Positions 38,024 to 46,909 of a DNA stretch of 64,000 bases are shown in pieces (position 1 is the first letter of the stretch; every line of letters starts with the position of its first letter). This DNA comes from Candidatus Latescibacterota bacterium (lineage in GTDB: Bacteria; Latescibacterota; UBA2968; UBA8231). The stretch is taken from NCBI GenBank assembly GCA_965217585.1, contig OZ244561.1:192001-256000 (forward strand). Reading direction: 5' to 3'. The position numbers were made by a program, and so were the translations under genes. The notes below the pieces were generated by a model. The model did no database searches. It was not told where the DNA came from and saw nothing but the letters and a program-made list of their open reading frames with translations.

Positions 38024-39144
38024 TCTACCTAGCCCTCTTGTTCATCGCCCTGTCCGCCTGCGGGGAAGCACCCACAGGCCCTAGCAGCCCCTACGGACGC
38101 ATCGAAACCTTTGCCGGCACCGGCGACGCGGGCAAAGGCCCCGAAGAACCAACGCTGCGTCAAGCGCTCTTCTACCTGCCGCAAGACCTGACCTACGGCC
38201 CCGACGGGCGGCTCTACATCCTCGACTGGAACAACCACCGAGTCCGCGTGGTCACCGACGGTCGCGTCAGCACCCTAATCGGCACCGGCGAACTCGGCGA
38301 CGCCCCGGCCGGCCGGGCGCGCGCGATCGGTCTCAACCATCCGACCCATATCTCTTTTGACCCGTTCGGACGCCTAATACTCTCGGCTTGGCACAATTCG
38401 ATCATCCTGCGCTACGACTTTGCCACCGACTATATCGAGCCGATCTGCGGCACCGGCGAGCGCCTGTACAGCGGCGACGGAGGTCCCGCCGTACAGGCGC
38501 TAGTCAATCTGCCAAGCTCTACCGCTTTTGACCCGCTTGGACGCATGTACATCTCCGACCAGGAAAATCAGCGCATCCGCATGGTCGATATAGACGGCAC
38601 GATTTCCACGGTCGTCGGCACGGGCAAGCCGGGTTTTTCCGGCGACGGAGGGCCTGCGGACCAAGCCCGGATCTACGCTCCGATAGGCCAAGCGGCTCCA
38701 CCTACCAGCCGCATCGCCACCGACGAATTCGGCAACCTCTACATCGCCGACACCTTCAACAACCGCATCCGCAAGGTTGACGCAGCCACCGGCATCATCA
38801 CCACCATCGCCGGCAATGGGGCATCCCCGTACATGACGAGCGGCAAGCGAGAAGAGGGGGCCGCGGCAATTGACGTTTCGCTCAACTGGCCCTGCGACGT
38901 GGCCATCGACTCCGAGGGCCGGGTCTTTTTCGCCGACACCTTCAACCACTGCGTGCGCTACATCGACCTCGACGGCGCACTCTATACCGCGGCCGGTCAG
39001 TGCGGCAAATCCGGCGATATGGGCGATGGCGGCCATCCGCAGTCTGCCCTGATCAACCGTCCCTACGGCATCGAACTCGACCCGGACGACAACCTCTACA
39101 TCGCCGATACCCGCAACCACCGCATCCGTCTCATCCGCAAATGA
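38020..39144 (+). CDS. NHL-repeat (teneurin-like) lipoprotein, paralog of the upstream gene
   Basis: Lipobox LSAC; shared LDWNNHRVR, LNHPTH, AWHN; ATGA overlap. Confidence 0.88.
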   Translation: MIYLALLFIALSACGEAPTGPSSPYGRIETFAGTGDAGKGPEEPTLRQALFYLPQDLTYGPDGRLYILDWNNHRVRVVTDGRVSTLIGTGELGDAPAGRARAIGLNHPTHISFDPFGRLILSAWHNSIILRYDFATDYIEPICGTGERLYSGDGGPAVQALVNLPSSTAFDPLGRMYISDQENQRIRMVDIDGTISTVVGTGKPGFSGDGGPADQARIYAPIGQAAPPTSRIATDEFGNLYIADTFNNRIRKVDAATGIITTIAGNGASPYMTSGKREEGAAAIDVSLNWPCDVAIDSEGRVFFADTFNHCVRYIDLDGALYTAAGQCGKSGDMGDGGHPQSALINRPYGIELDPDDNLYIADTRNHRIRLIRK

Positions 39145-39157
39145 GAAAGCTCTGCGC

Positions 39158-39955
39158 TTAATCCGGTCCATTGCCCGCTATGACAATGCCTTCGGCTACT
39201 AGCTGCTCGGCGAGAGCCTGCGCTTGCCCGGTCGGCAGGCGGGCGTTGTTGGTGATGATCACGTCGGCCCCTACGTAGCGGACGCCGCGCAACCCTTCCA
39301 GGCTTTGCAGCGCACCGTTGTCGCTAACTTCCAAAAAGTCCCGCACTCTAGCTAAGTAGTGCAGGCCCTCTAGGCTTTGCAGCGCGTCGTTGAACCAGAT
39401 GTCCACGCTGCCTTCGATCTCCACGAGGTGCGGCATGTCCGTCAGGGACATAAGCGACTTATTGCGGACGAGCGCCAAGCCCCCACTGACAGAGGCCAAG
39501 TTCTCCAGCCCTTTGAGCGAGCCCAGGGCCTTGTTTTCAAAGATCAACAGCCCCTCTACCACATGAGCAGCTTTGCCGGCCGCGGGCGTAGGCAGGGGCG
39601 GTGGTGCGGCCGCCGGACCTAGCCCAGCGCCGACGCTTTCAAGCCCTTCCAGTCCCGCTAGACTTTCCAAGCGGTCGTTAAACCAAATCTCGACGCTGCC
39701 CTCGACGCGCCTCAGCCCCTCCAAGCCCGTCAGCTCGACTAAGCTGCTCCCAACGATCTGCAAGTCGCCGTCTATGATGTACGCAGCGCCCCCTTTTTCC
39801 CTAAGGGCAGCGATATCTGCTGGCGACGCAATGACAACGCCCTCTGCCAAGATGACCGGCGCTACCGGGTCTTTGCCACAGCCCGCCAGCGCGACGAGCA
39901 ACGGCAAGATTGATCTAACACACGGCTCAAAAATCCCGCGCACACCGGAACCCAA
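39158..39955 (-). CDS. Receptor L-domain (LRR-like) lipoprotein
   Basis: Lipobox LAGC; repeats L.SL.GL..L..V.G.(V/L).I..N; start probably near 39925. Confidence 0.75.
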   Translation of the reverse strand: MGSGVRGIFEPCVRSILPLLVALAGCGKDPVAPVILAEGVVIASPADIAALREKGGAAYIIDGDLQIVGSSLVELTGLEGLRRVEGSVEIWFNDRLESLAGLEGLESVGAGLGPAAAPPPLPTPAAGKAAHVVEGLLIFENKALGSLKGLENLASVSGGLALVRNKSLMSLTDMPHLVEIEGSVDIWFNDALQSLEGLHYLARVRDFLEVSDNGALQSLEGLRGVRYVGADVIITNNARLPTGQAQALAEQLVAEGIVIAGNGPD

Positions 39956-40763
39956 TGTCGATATCGGTCAACAGCGGATGATAAGCTTCTCGATTCGCCG
40001 CGGGCAGGGACTCCTTCTCAAACCACCACGACCCACCCCGCAACACCCCGAACTCCCCGCGCAACGGCCCCTGCGGATTGTCCCGTGGACTCTCTGCATA
40101 GTAGGTGTCCCCGTACCAATCGGCCACCCACTCCCACACGTTGCCCGCCATGTCGTGTGCCCCGTACGGCGACACGCCGGCGGGACGGCTGCCTACCGGC
40201 TCGGTCGCTCCGGCGATAAAGCGAAAGTTGGCCTCGTCGCCTACCAGTTCGTATCCCCAGGGATAGGTGCGCCCGTCGGTGCCGCGCGCGGCCTTCTCCC
40301 ACTCGGCCTCGGTCGGCAGCCGCAGACCAGCCCACGCGCAATAGTCGAGCGCGTTTTGGCGGTTCACACAGTTGATGGGATGGGTGTCGTCGGCAAAGCC
40401 ATCGTAGTTGCAGCTAGGAGCGTAGGCCGGCTCTTCGCAGGCGTCGGCCTCCACGCAGCGCCGGTACCGTCCTACGGTGACCTCGAACTGGTCGATATAG
40501 TACGCGGAAAGAAAAACTTGATGCGGAGGCTGCTCGTCCGGGTCGCCCGCGTCCCAACCCATCACAAAGAGGCCTTCGGGCACGAGCACCATGGCGTGCT
40601 CGGCTTTGTTGACCTCGGTGACTGCGGTGGGAGGGTCGTCTTCGGTAGCGGGAGCCTCGCTAGGTGGGGTGGGAGCAACCACGCGATCTCCGCTCACTTG
40701 CCCCGGGTCCTTTTGGCCGCAACCAAGGGCCCACAGGGCCATGCACACCAGTGCGCGACTCAA
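39927..40763 (-). CDS. FGE-sulfatase (SUMF1/GldK-like) domain lipoprotein
   Basis: Lipobox LGC; FVMG, EVTVGRY, RLPTEAEWEKAARG, DMAGNVWEWV, RGGSW, GFRCA; no catalytic CxxxxC after RGGSW. Confidence 0.9.
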   Translation of the reverse strand: MSRALVCMALWALGCGQKDPGQVSGDRVVAPTPPSEAPATEDDPPTAVTEVNKAEHAMVLVPEGLFVMGWDAGDPDEQPPHQVFLSAYYIDQFEVTVGRYRRCVEADACEEPAYAPSCNYDGFADDTHPINCVNRQNALDYCAWAGLRLPTEAEWEKAARGTDGRTYPWGYELVGDEANFRFIAGATEPVGSRPAGVSPYGAHDMAGNVWEWVADWYGDTYYAESPRDNPQGPLRGEFGVLRGGSWWFEKESLPAANREAYHPLLTDIDIGFRCARDF

Positions 40764-40773
40764 CGTGCAGCCC

Positions 40774-42765
40774 TCAGAACACGACCTGCGATACGGCCTT
40801 GGAAATCAGCGCAATGGCAATGGACGTCATGCCAATCAGGCCCACACCGCACGAGTACCCGGCCAGTACGATGGGCGCGTACGCGTACCAGCGCTCGGGG
40901 CCAAAGCGCTTTTGCAAGTAGAAGCGGCCCAGCAGGGCACCGACGAAGTTGAGGATGGCAAAGTGCGGCCACCCGCCGAGGCCGGCGACAAAACCATAGA
41001 AGATCCCCAGCGGTGCGCTGAGTGCGCTCAGCAGCGCGTACAATGCGCCGCTAAAGACCAGCCCAATCCCGATGTAATCCCAGCGAATAATTTGCGTCAC
41101 CAAGCTCTGGCCCGCACCCGGCAGGGTGGACTTGGCCCAGAACGCCTGCATGGTGGCGTGGAAGGGCCACATCTTTTGCACGAACGGGTACGCCGAGGAA
41201 GGAATCGGCCCGAGCTTCCATATCAGCGACCAGAACAGGAAGCTACACACAAACATGACGGCCAAGGTCAGGGCCGTCATCTTGACGATGCTGCCAAAGC
41301 GGGTGCGCGTCAGCTCTAGCTGCTTGAATACTTGCGCCTCGTAGCCCCACTGGAAGATCGGCACCGGCGCGAACCAGATCCCGGCCCCTTGGTAGCCGGA
41401 CAAATAGAAGCTGGCCTCGCGCAGATAGGGAAAGGTCACCCCCTGCGGCGACCCCGTCAGGCCGATCATCCGCGTGCCGATGTACGAGTAGATCGGCGTC
41501 CACACAAAGCCGAAGAACGCCGTGATCCACCAGGGAAAATCGGGCACCAAGTAGTATACCATCAGCACGAAGCCCAGCGTGCTTACCGCCCAGATCCCCA
41601 AGGCCACGACAATGCGGATGTCGCCGCGCTCGGGGCTGGGGCCCCGGTCAGCTTCCCGAGCCGGCGCGCGCTCCTTGCCGACGGCGAGCAAGACCTTGCC
41701 CGCCGTATAAAAGCCCACGGCCGCGACCACGATGGCCCCACCCAGCGAAAAACTCAGCCAGAAGTCAAAGGTATTGGCAATCTGGGTGGGGATCGACGAC
41801 ATGCCCGGCTCCCAAGTGTACAGGATGCCGTAGGCATAGAGGATGGGGTTGGCGACCAAGTTGACCAAGATCGACGAAGCGAACACCCCTACTACAACCC
41901 AGAACGGCAGCACGAGGCCGAATAGTACGTGGATCAAATCCGTGGCCAAGCCGATGACCGCGGCGGGCAAAACCGCCTTTAGCGGCACGGTGAAGTCGAT
42001 GAAGGGAATCGGCAAAATCGACACGGTCTCGGTCAGAAAGACCGACGACAGCGTTGGCACCACCACGTAGAATATGCCCCATACCGCCCCGATAAAGGCC
42101 CCCGTGCTGAACACGTGCCAGCGCCAGCCCTCTTGCTTGGCCGAGGTCTCGGCGAGGGCGGTAGCACCGCCGGCCTGCACATAGGCCATGGGAAAGGGCA
42201 AGCGCTCGATGTCGTGGGTGATGCGGAAGAGCACGTAGCCCAATGACAAAGCGTTGACCCGCTGTAATGCAACGGCGCAGAGGAGGATGACGATGGGCCT
42301 AAGCCACGCGCTGTCGAGGAAACTGCGCTCTAAGAGCGCCTCCGACCCACGCGGGGGCACGACCCAAGTTGGAATGTGTTCAGCCAGTCCGTCGGCCTGG
42401 GGCGATTGGATCAGATACTGATCCCAGATCAACACGCCGAATGGGCCGCCGAAGAGGTCGGCCCCAGTGCCCAGCTTGCCGCCCATCATCACCAAGCCGC
42501 CAGCCACCCAGTAGAGGATGATGATCTCCTGCGTCCGCAGATACACGAAGGTGCGTTTGGCCATTTCGATAAACAGAATCAGGGTCACCCACTCGGCGCC
42601 CCCGGCCATGCTCATCCCGGTCACCAGCCCGAGGTAAATCGCGCCCGGCAGCATCACGAAGCCGACGAAAAGCGCCGCCCACAGGGTCTTTGCATTGAAG
42701 CCCGGTTCAAAGGGGGCGTCGGCGGGCATAACCGCGAAGCGCTCTTGGGCGTTGGCCTGTGACAA
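40774..42765 (-). CDS. OPT-like oligopeptide transporter-family membrane protein
   Basis: Many TMs; FVMLPGAIYLGL, EWVTLILF.E, D.ERLPFPMA.V.A.GATALAE, IPSSAYP. Confidence 0.7.
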   Translation of the reverse strand: MSQANAQERFAVMPADAPFEPGFNAKTLWAALFVGFVMLPGAIYLGLVTGMSMAGGAEWVTLILFIEMAKRTFVYLRTQEIIILYWVAGGLVMMGGKLGTGADLFGGPFGVLIWDQYLIQSPQADGLAEHIPTWVVPPRGSEALLERSFLDSAWLRPIVILLCAVALQRVNALSLGYVLFRITHDIERLPFPMAYVQAGGATALAETSAKQEGWRWHVFSTGAFIGAVWGIFYVVVPTLSSVFLTETVSILPIPFIDFTVPLKAVLPAAVIGLATDLIHVLFGLVLPFWVVVGVFASSILVNLVANPILYAYGILYTWEPGMSSIPTQIANTFDFWLSFSLGGAIVVAAVGFYTAGKVLLAVGKERAPAREADRGPSPERGDIRIVVALGIWAVSTLGFVLMVYYLVPDFPWWITAFFGFVWTPIYSYIGTRMIGLTGSPQGVTFPYLREASFYLSGYQGAGIWFAPVPIFQWGYEAQVFKQLELTRTRFGSIVKMTALTLAVMFVCSFLFWSLIWKLGPIPSSAYPFVQKMWPFHATMQAFWAKSTLPGAGQSLVTQIIRWDYIGIGLVFSGALYALLSALSAPLGIFYGFVAGLGGWPHFAILNFVGALLGRFYLQKRFGPERWYAYAPIVLAGYSCGVGLIGMTSIAIALISKAVSQVVF

Positions 42766-42785
42766 AGATCACTCCCCTCGTTTGC

Positions 42786-44438
42786 TCAGTTCTGCACCGA
42801 GTCGTCGTCCAAATACCGCAGATGCTCTTCGTACACGTCAATCTGCTCGGCGTATTTTTGGCGCAAATCCCGCAGATAGCCGTTGAAGAACTCCCGCTCA
42901 GTGCGCTCCCGCACGTCCCGCACCACCGCATTCCGCACCTGCTCTATATCTAGGCCGTGATAAATCTCTGGGGATCTTTCGATAACCCTGAAGATCGAGT
43001 ACCCCCCCCTCGTTTGAATCGGCCCTTGGAGTTGGTTCAGCTCGGCGTTCATCACCGCGTTCATCCAAGCCTCTCCCAAAAAGGGAGCCTGTGATTGGGA
43101 AACGTACAGGAGGCCATCTTCGGCGTTGCGGCGTCGGCTGTGGGCACGGGCCAGCTCCGACCAATCGGCACCCGCCTCAATCTGAGCTGCGAACTGGCGC
43201 GCCTCGCTCGGGGTCTCGAGCAAGATTTCCTCTAATTGCGCGTGGGGGGGGCTGCGGAAGCGCTGCTTGTGCTCCTCGTAGAAGGCCCGCAGCTCGTCCT
43301 CCGTCGGCGCGGGAGCCTCCGCCAGGATCTGCTCGCGCAGTTTCATCAGCATCAGGTTGCCCAACGCCAATTCATGCGACCGCGCGAAAGCCTCGGTTTT
43401 ATCGAGGCCCTTGCGCCGGGCGTCGTGGGCCATGATGCGGGTGGGGAAGTGACTTTCAGATAGTTTCTCGTTGACCGCGGCGGCGCTGGCTTCCGGCCAC
43501 AGTCGGCCCGATGGCCGCACGGCTTCTAAGACCTCTGCCACGTCCATCTGAAAGCCCTCGAAAGCATAGACTGGGTGCTGGCGCTGGGCCTCGTCCAAAT
43601 CCGCATAGCGGATCGCGCCCTGTAAGACGCCGACCGCTAGATCCATGCCCTCGGCGTCAAAAACCGTGTCCAAATCCCACTTGAGGTGCCGCAGGTACGA
43701 TTCGCGCAGTTGCTTTTGCTGCTCGTCGCCGAGTGCCTTGCGGATGCCGTCCTCGACCTCGACCAATTCAGCGCGGCGATGCTCCACCACTTTGGCGATG
43801 ACGAATCCTCCGTGCAAGGGGAGCGGTTCGGTCACGCCGCCCACGGGCAGGGCGAAGACCGCTTGCGCCAAGTCGGGTGGGCTGTCGAAGGGCGAATAGG
43901 CCAACCGCCGAATCTCGCCGGTATTCATGCCGTAATAGGGGTCAGCGGCGAACTGACGACCTGCTTCCGCAAAGTCCTCACCCTGCGCCAAAAGCGCTTG
44001 CACCTGACGCGCCTGTTCCCGGCTGGGCACGAAAATCTCCATGGTGGTGACCTTTTCTCCCCACCCCGGCCGCGCGTAGGCTTTTTCGATGTCGTCCTCA
44101 GTCACCGCGACCTTGGCCGCGACGTTGCGCCGCAACATCGCGTCGGCGAGGGCCTTGGTTTCGCGCTTGGCGAGTTCGGCTAAGACCGCTTCGTCGCGCT
44201 GCAAACCCCGTTTGTTGGCCGCCAAAAGCAGCACTTGGCGGTCAATGAGCGTCTGCAAGTTGTCCCGGTGCTGCGCGCGCATGGCGGCCGTTTTGAGATT
44301 GGCCTCAAAGGTGCGCAGATCGGTCGCGGTAATCTCGACCTCTCCGACCTTAGCCAGCAGCGAGGCGTTGTCTGGCCGCTCATCGCCACAGCTAATGCAG
44401 GCCCCGACTAGCAGCCCGGCCAACAGCGGTTTGTGCAT
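42786..44438 (-). CDS. Parvulin-type peptidyl-prolyl isomerase/foldase lipoprotein (SurA/PrsA-like, two PPIase domains)
   Basis: Lipobox-like CISC; LAKVGEVEIT; GEDFAEAGRQF and GADWSELARAHS; GPIQTRGGYSIFRV. Confidence 0.8.
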   Translation of the reverse strand: MHKPLLAGLLVGACISCGDERPDNASLLAKVGEVEITATDLRTFEANLKTAAMRAQHRDNLQTLIDRQVLLLAANKRGLQRDEAVLAELAKRETKALADAMLRRNVAAKVAVTEDDIEKAYARPGWGEKVTTMEIFVPSREQARQVQALLAQGEDFAEAGRQFAADPYYGMNTGEIRRLAYSPFDSPPDLAQAVFALPVGGVTEPLPLHGGFVIAKVVEHRRAELVEVEDGIRKALGDEQQKQLRESYLRHLKWDLDTVFDAEGMDLAVGVLQGAIRYADLDEAQRQHPVYAFEGFQMDVAEVLEAVRPSGRLWPEASAAAVNEKLSESHFPTRIMAHDARRKGLDKTEAFARSHELALGNLMLMKLREQILAEAPAPTEDELRAFYEEHKQRFRSPPHAQLEEILLETPSEARQFAAQIEAGADWSELARAHSRRRNAEDGLLYVSQSQAPFLGEAWMNAVMNAELNQLQGPIQTRGGYSIFRVIERSPEIYHGLDIEQVRNAVVRDVRERTEREFFNGYLRDLRQKYAEQIDVYEEHLRYLDDDSVQN

Positions 44439-44525
44439 AAAAAGAGGAGCTAGACGGAAGGTCCAGCTCCTCGCAATGAGATATCCTGCCATGCGTACTA
44501 TCCAGATGCGGAGCAGCGCCGGGAC

Positions 44526-45293
44526 TCAACCCGCCCTGCCCGCACTGGCCTTTTCCCTCGTTCCTTGGTCTACCGCGAAGCGGAACTCGACGTCGATGGT
44601 CTCTTCCGGATTGCCGCTGGCGTCAAACGAAAGCACGAATTCGTGGAATGTGAGCAGCAACTCGTCGTTTTCCGGTAGCAACGGGTCGAAGACCAACATG
44701 CCTTTTTGGCTGCTATCGCGGAAGATCGGTCGATGGCGGTGAAAGATCGTCTTGTAGATAATGCCCATGCGCTCCAAGTTGATTTCGCGCTCGTTACCCG
44801 AAGTGCCGAGTTCTATTTTGTAGTATTTGGTGAAGCTGTTGCCCCCCAACACGACGGCCCCCTCGCGCCCGGGATCGTAGTAGCGATGGGTCTCGCCACC
44901 CGATTCCATGGTCGCCTTGGCCGGATCGAATTCGATCTTAGCATAGGTCTTGTTTATGACCTCGACTTCAAAAACGGTAAACCGGGGGGGGGTATAGCCC
45001 TTTTCGGGATCGATGTCGTCTCGGGTGTAGGGGTTGACGTGGCGACCGTCGTACAGAGGTGGGAAGCGCTCGTTGAGCTCGGGGTCGCTCAGGTGCCGCA
45101 CCCGGATTAAAAGCCCCTCTTTGCTAAAGACCATCGAGCTGTCGTCTGGGTCGATGGTGTAATCGCCACGGCCCTCGGGCAGGACGGGCATCACGTGCAG
45201 GTCGTACTCGAGTTGGGGCGGTACCAGCCCTCCGCAACTCCAGACTAGCCCGAACGCCACTACTCCAAGAAACGCCACATACCTCGCTCTCAT
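44526..45293 (-). CDS. Hypothetical lipoprotein, paralog of 56331-57107
   Basis: VWSC lipobox; YTIDPDDSS, YTPPRFTVFEV, FVLSFD. Confidence 0.75.
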   Translation of the reverse strand: MRARYVAFLGVVAFGLVWSCGGLVPPQLEYDLHVMPVLPEGRGDYTIDPDDSSMVFSKEGLLIRVRHLSDPELNERFPPLYDGRHVNPYTRDDIDPEKGYTPPRFTVFEVEVINKTYAKIEFDPAKATMESGGETHRYYDPGREGAVVLGGNSFTKYYKIELGTSGNEREINLERMGIIYKTIFHRHRPIFRDSSQKGMLVFDPLLPENDELLLTFHEFVLSFDASGNPEETIDVEFRFAVDQGTREKASAGRAG

Positions 45294-45324
45294 AAAATTG
45301 CCACTCCCTTTTTGCTAGCTACCG

Positions 45325-45744
45325 TCAATTGGTTGGTTCCTCGGTCTCAATGTCGATCTGTCCTACACCCGCCATGGTGGCCGATTCCATTGCGTCGATG
45401 ATATGGCCGTGCGCAGCATCGGCATCCGCAGTGATAATCAGCGTCGATGAGCCGGTGCGGACCTTTTCGCGCTCTAGCCAGCTCGTTAGCTGCCCCATGG
45501 CCACTAGCTGCCCGTTGATTTCGAGCTGGCCCTCGCTCGAAATGCGCAGATTCAGCTTCTTCTCTGCCTTGAGCTGGTCGTAGTGCACCGAGTCGGGCAG
45601 CTCAATCCTGAGCTGAGTGGCCTTGACGAAGACCGTGGTGGTCATAAAGAAGATCAGCAGCAAGAACACCGCGTCTATCATCGGCGTCAGGTTCAGTTCA
45701 AATTCGCCGGCTTTTTCGGCCAGCGACTGTCTCCGTTTAGCCAT
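45325..45744 (-). CDS. exbD: ExbD/TolR family protein (Asp retained)
   Basis: LNLTPMIDAVFLLLIFFMTTT; IITADADA.HG. Confidence 0.9.
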   Translation of the reverse strand: MAKRRQSLAEKAGEFELNLTPMIDAVFLLLIFFMTTTVFVKATQLRIELPDSVHYDQLKAEKKLNLRISSEGQLEINGQLVAMGQLTSWLEREKVRTGSSTLIITADADAAHGHIIDAMESATMAGVGQIDIETEEPTN

Positions 45745-45748
45745 GCCG

Positions 45749-46168
45749 CTATCCTTCTCCGCTCTTGGCGAAAGCAATGGCCTCAATGCCCTCGCCGCGG
45801 GCAATGTCCATCACCTGCACCACATAGGAGTGAGGCACTGAACGCGCGGACTCCAAGATCACGTTCTTGGTATTGTCGGCCTCGATGACTTGACGAATCT
45901 TTGCCGCCAATCTCGCCTTGTCCGTGACCTCGCCGTTGACTTGGATCGTCTGATCCGGGTCAATCACGATGTTCATGTCCTTGGTCGCTCTCGACTCACC
46001 CTCGCCGCCCGGCAGATCTACGCTCAGGCCCTTGGGATTGACGAAAGTGGTCGCCACCATGAAGAACACCAACAGCAAGAACATGCAGTTGATCAGCGGA
46101 GTCAGATCCGGGTTCTCCGAGGTTTTGAAGGCGCTTTTGCCGAATCCGCTCTGTCGTCTCTGCCGCAT
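45749..46168 (-). CDS. exbD: ExbD/TolR family protein (Asp->Asn in TM)
   Basis: PDLTPLINCMFLLLVFFMVATTF; VVQVMDIAR..G. Confidence 0.88.
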   Translation of the reverse strand: MRQRRQSGFGKSAFKTSENPDLTPLINCMFLLLVFFMVATTFVNPKGLSVDLPGGEGESRATKDMNIVIDPDQTIQVNGEVTDKARLAAKIRQVIEADNTKNVILESARSVPHSYVVQVMDIARGEGIEAIAFAKSGEG

Positions 46169-46186
46169 CGCAGGGTCTCTTTCTGC

Positions 46187-46861
46187 CTAACTGGCCTCCC
46201 GCTGGCTGGCCTGGAAGCGCACCAACAGGGTATTGGCGAAGGCGTGGCAGTACAGTTCCACGCTCTTGAAGACCTTTTCCGCGCGACCGGAGAGGTAGCG
46301 GTGGAAGACGATGGTCGGAATGGCGACGATGAGACCACTGGCCGTCGTAATCAGGGCCTCGGAGATGCCGCTGGCCACGGCCGCCGGATCGCCGGCCCCG
46401 GCGCGGGCAATCGCGTCAAAGGCGTTAATCATACCCATGATCGTGCCCAACAGCCCCATCAGCGGGGAGAGGACGCCAATCGTTCCAAGCGCGTTGAGCA
46501 AGCGGCCGAGATACATCTCGCCGGCCTCCTCAGTGGCCAAGATCAATTCCTGGCGCATGTCCTCTAGGTCCGTGCGATTTTCCAGCACTAAGGTGTCGTA
46601 GCGCTTGACCAAGGCGGCGAAGACGAAGTTGAGCACGCCGCTGCCCTGCCGGAATAGTTCGACGGCTCCGCCTTCGCCTTGGCTTCTGAGCACTTCTTCT
46701 GCCTCGTTGAGCTGCTGTTCGGCCTCCTGTTCGCCCGGGACCGTCAGTAGGCGCCACAGCCGTTCTATAATGATGGCTAGAGCGATCAGCAAGCAGAGCA
46801 ACAGGGGCCACATGATAGGCCCGCCTTTGAAAAATTGGTCCACTAAAAAATTTTGCTCCAT
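46187..46861 (-). CDS. exbB: MotA/TolQ/ExbB proton channel protein
   Basis: GGPIMWPL, PLMGLLGTIMGMINAF, GISEALITTASGL.VAIP. Confidence 0.93.
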   Translation of the reverse strand: MEQNFLVDQFFKGGPIMWPLLLCLLIALAIIIERLWRLLTVPGEQEAEQQLNEAEEVLRSQGEGGAVELFRQGSGVLNFVFAALVKRYDTLVLENRTDLEDMRQELILATEEAGEMYLGRLLNALGTIGVLSPLMGLLGTIMGMINAFDAIARAGAGDPAAVASGISEALITTASGLIVAIPTIVFHRYLSGRAEKVFKSVELYCHAFANTLLVRFQASQREAS

Positions 46862-46909
46862 TACAACCTCCCGGTATTGTGTCCTGCTTTGCGTTGCGTT
46901 GAAAGCTCG

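Noticed and set aside
39927-40763. FGE domain as a true formylglycine-generating enzyme or a DGR target
   Set aside because: Lacks the catalytic Cys pair; no reverse transcriptase or template repeat seen in the window
39573-40952. 459-aa plus-strand ORF
   Set aside because: Antisense to two well-supported lipoprotein genes; no motifs
45325-46861. Canonical Tol-Pal or flagellar stator locus
   Set aside because: No tolA, tolB, pal, OmpA-domain MotB or flagellar genes adjacent
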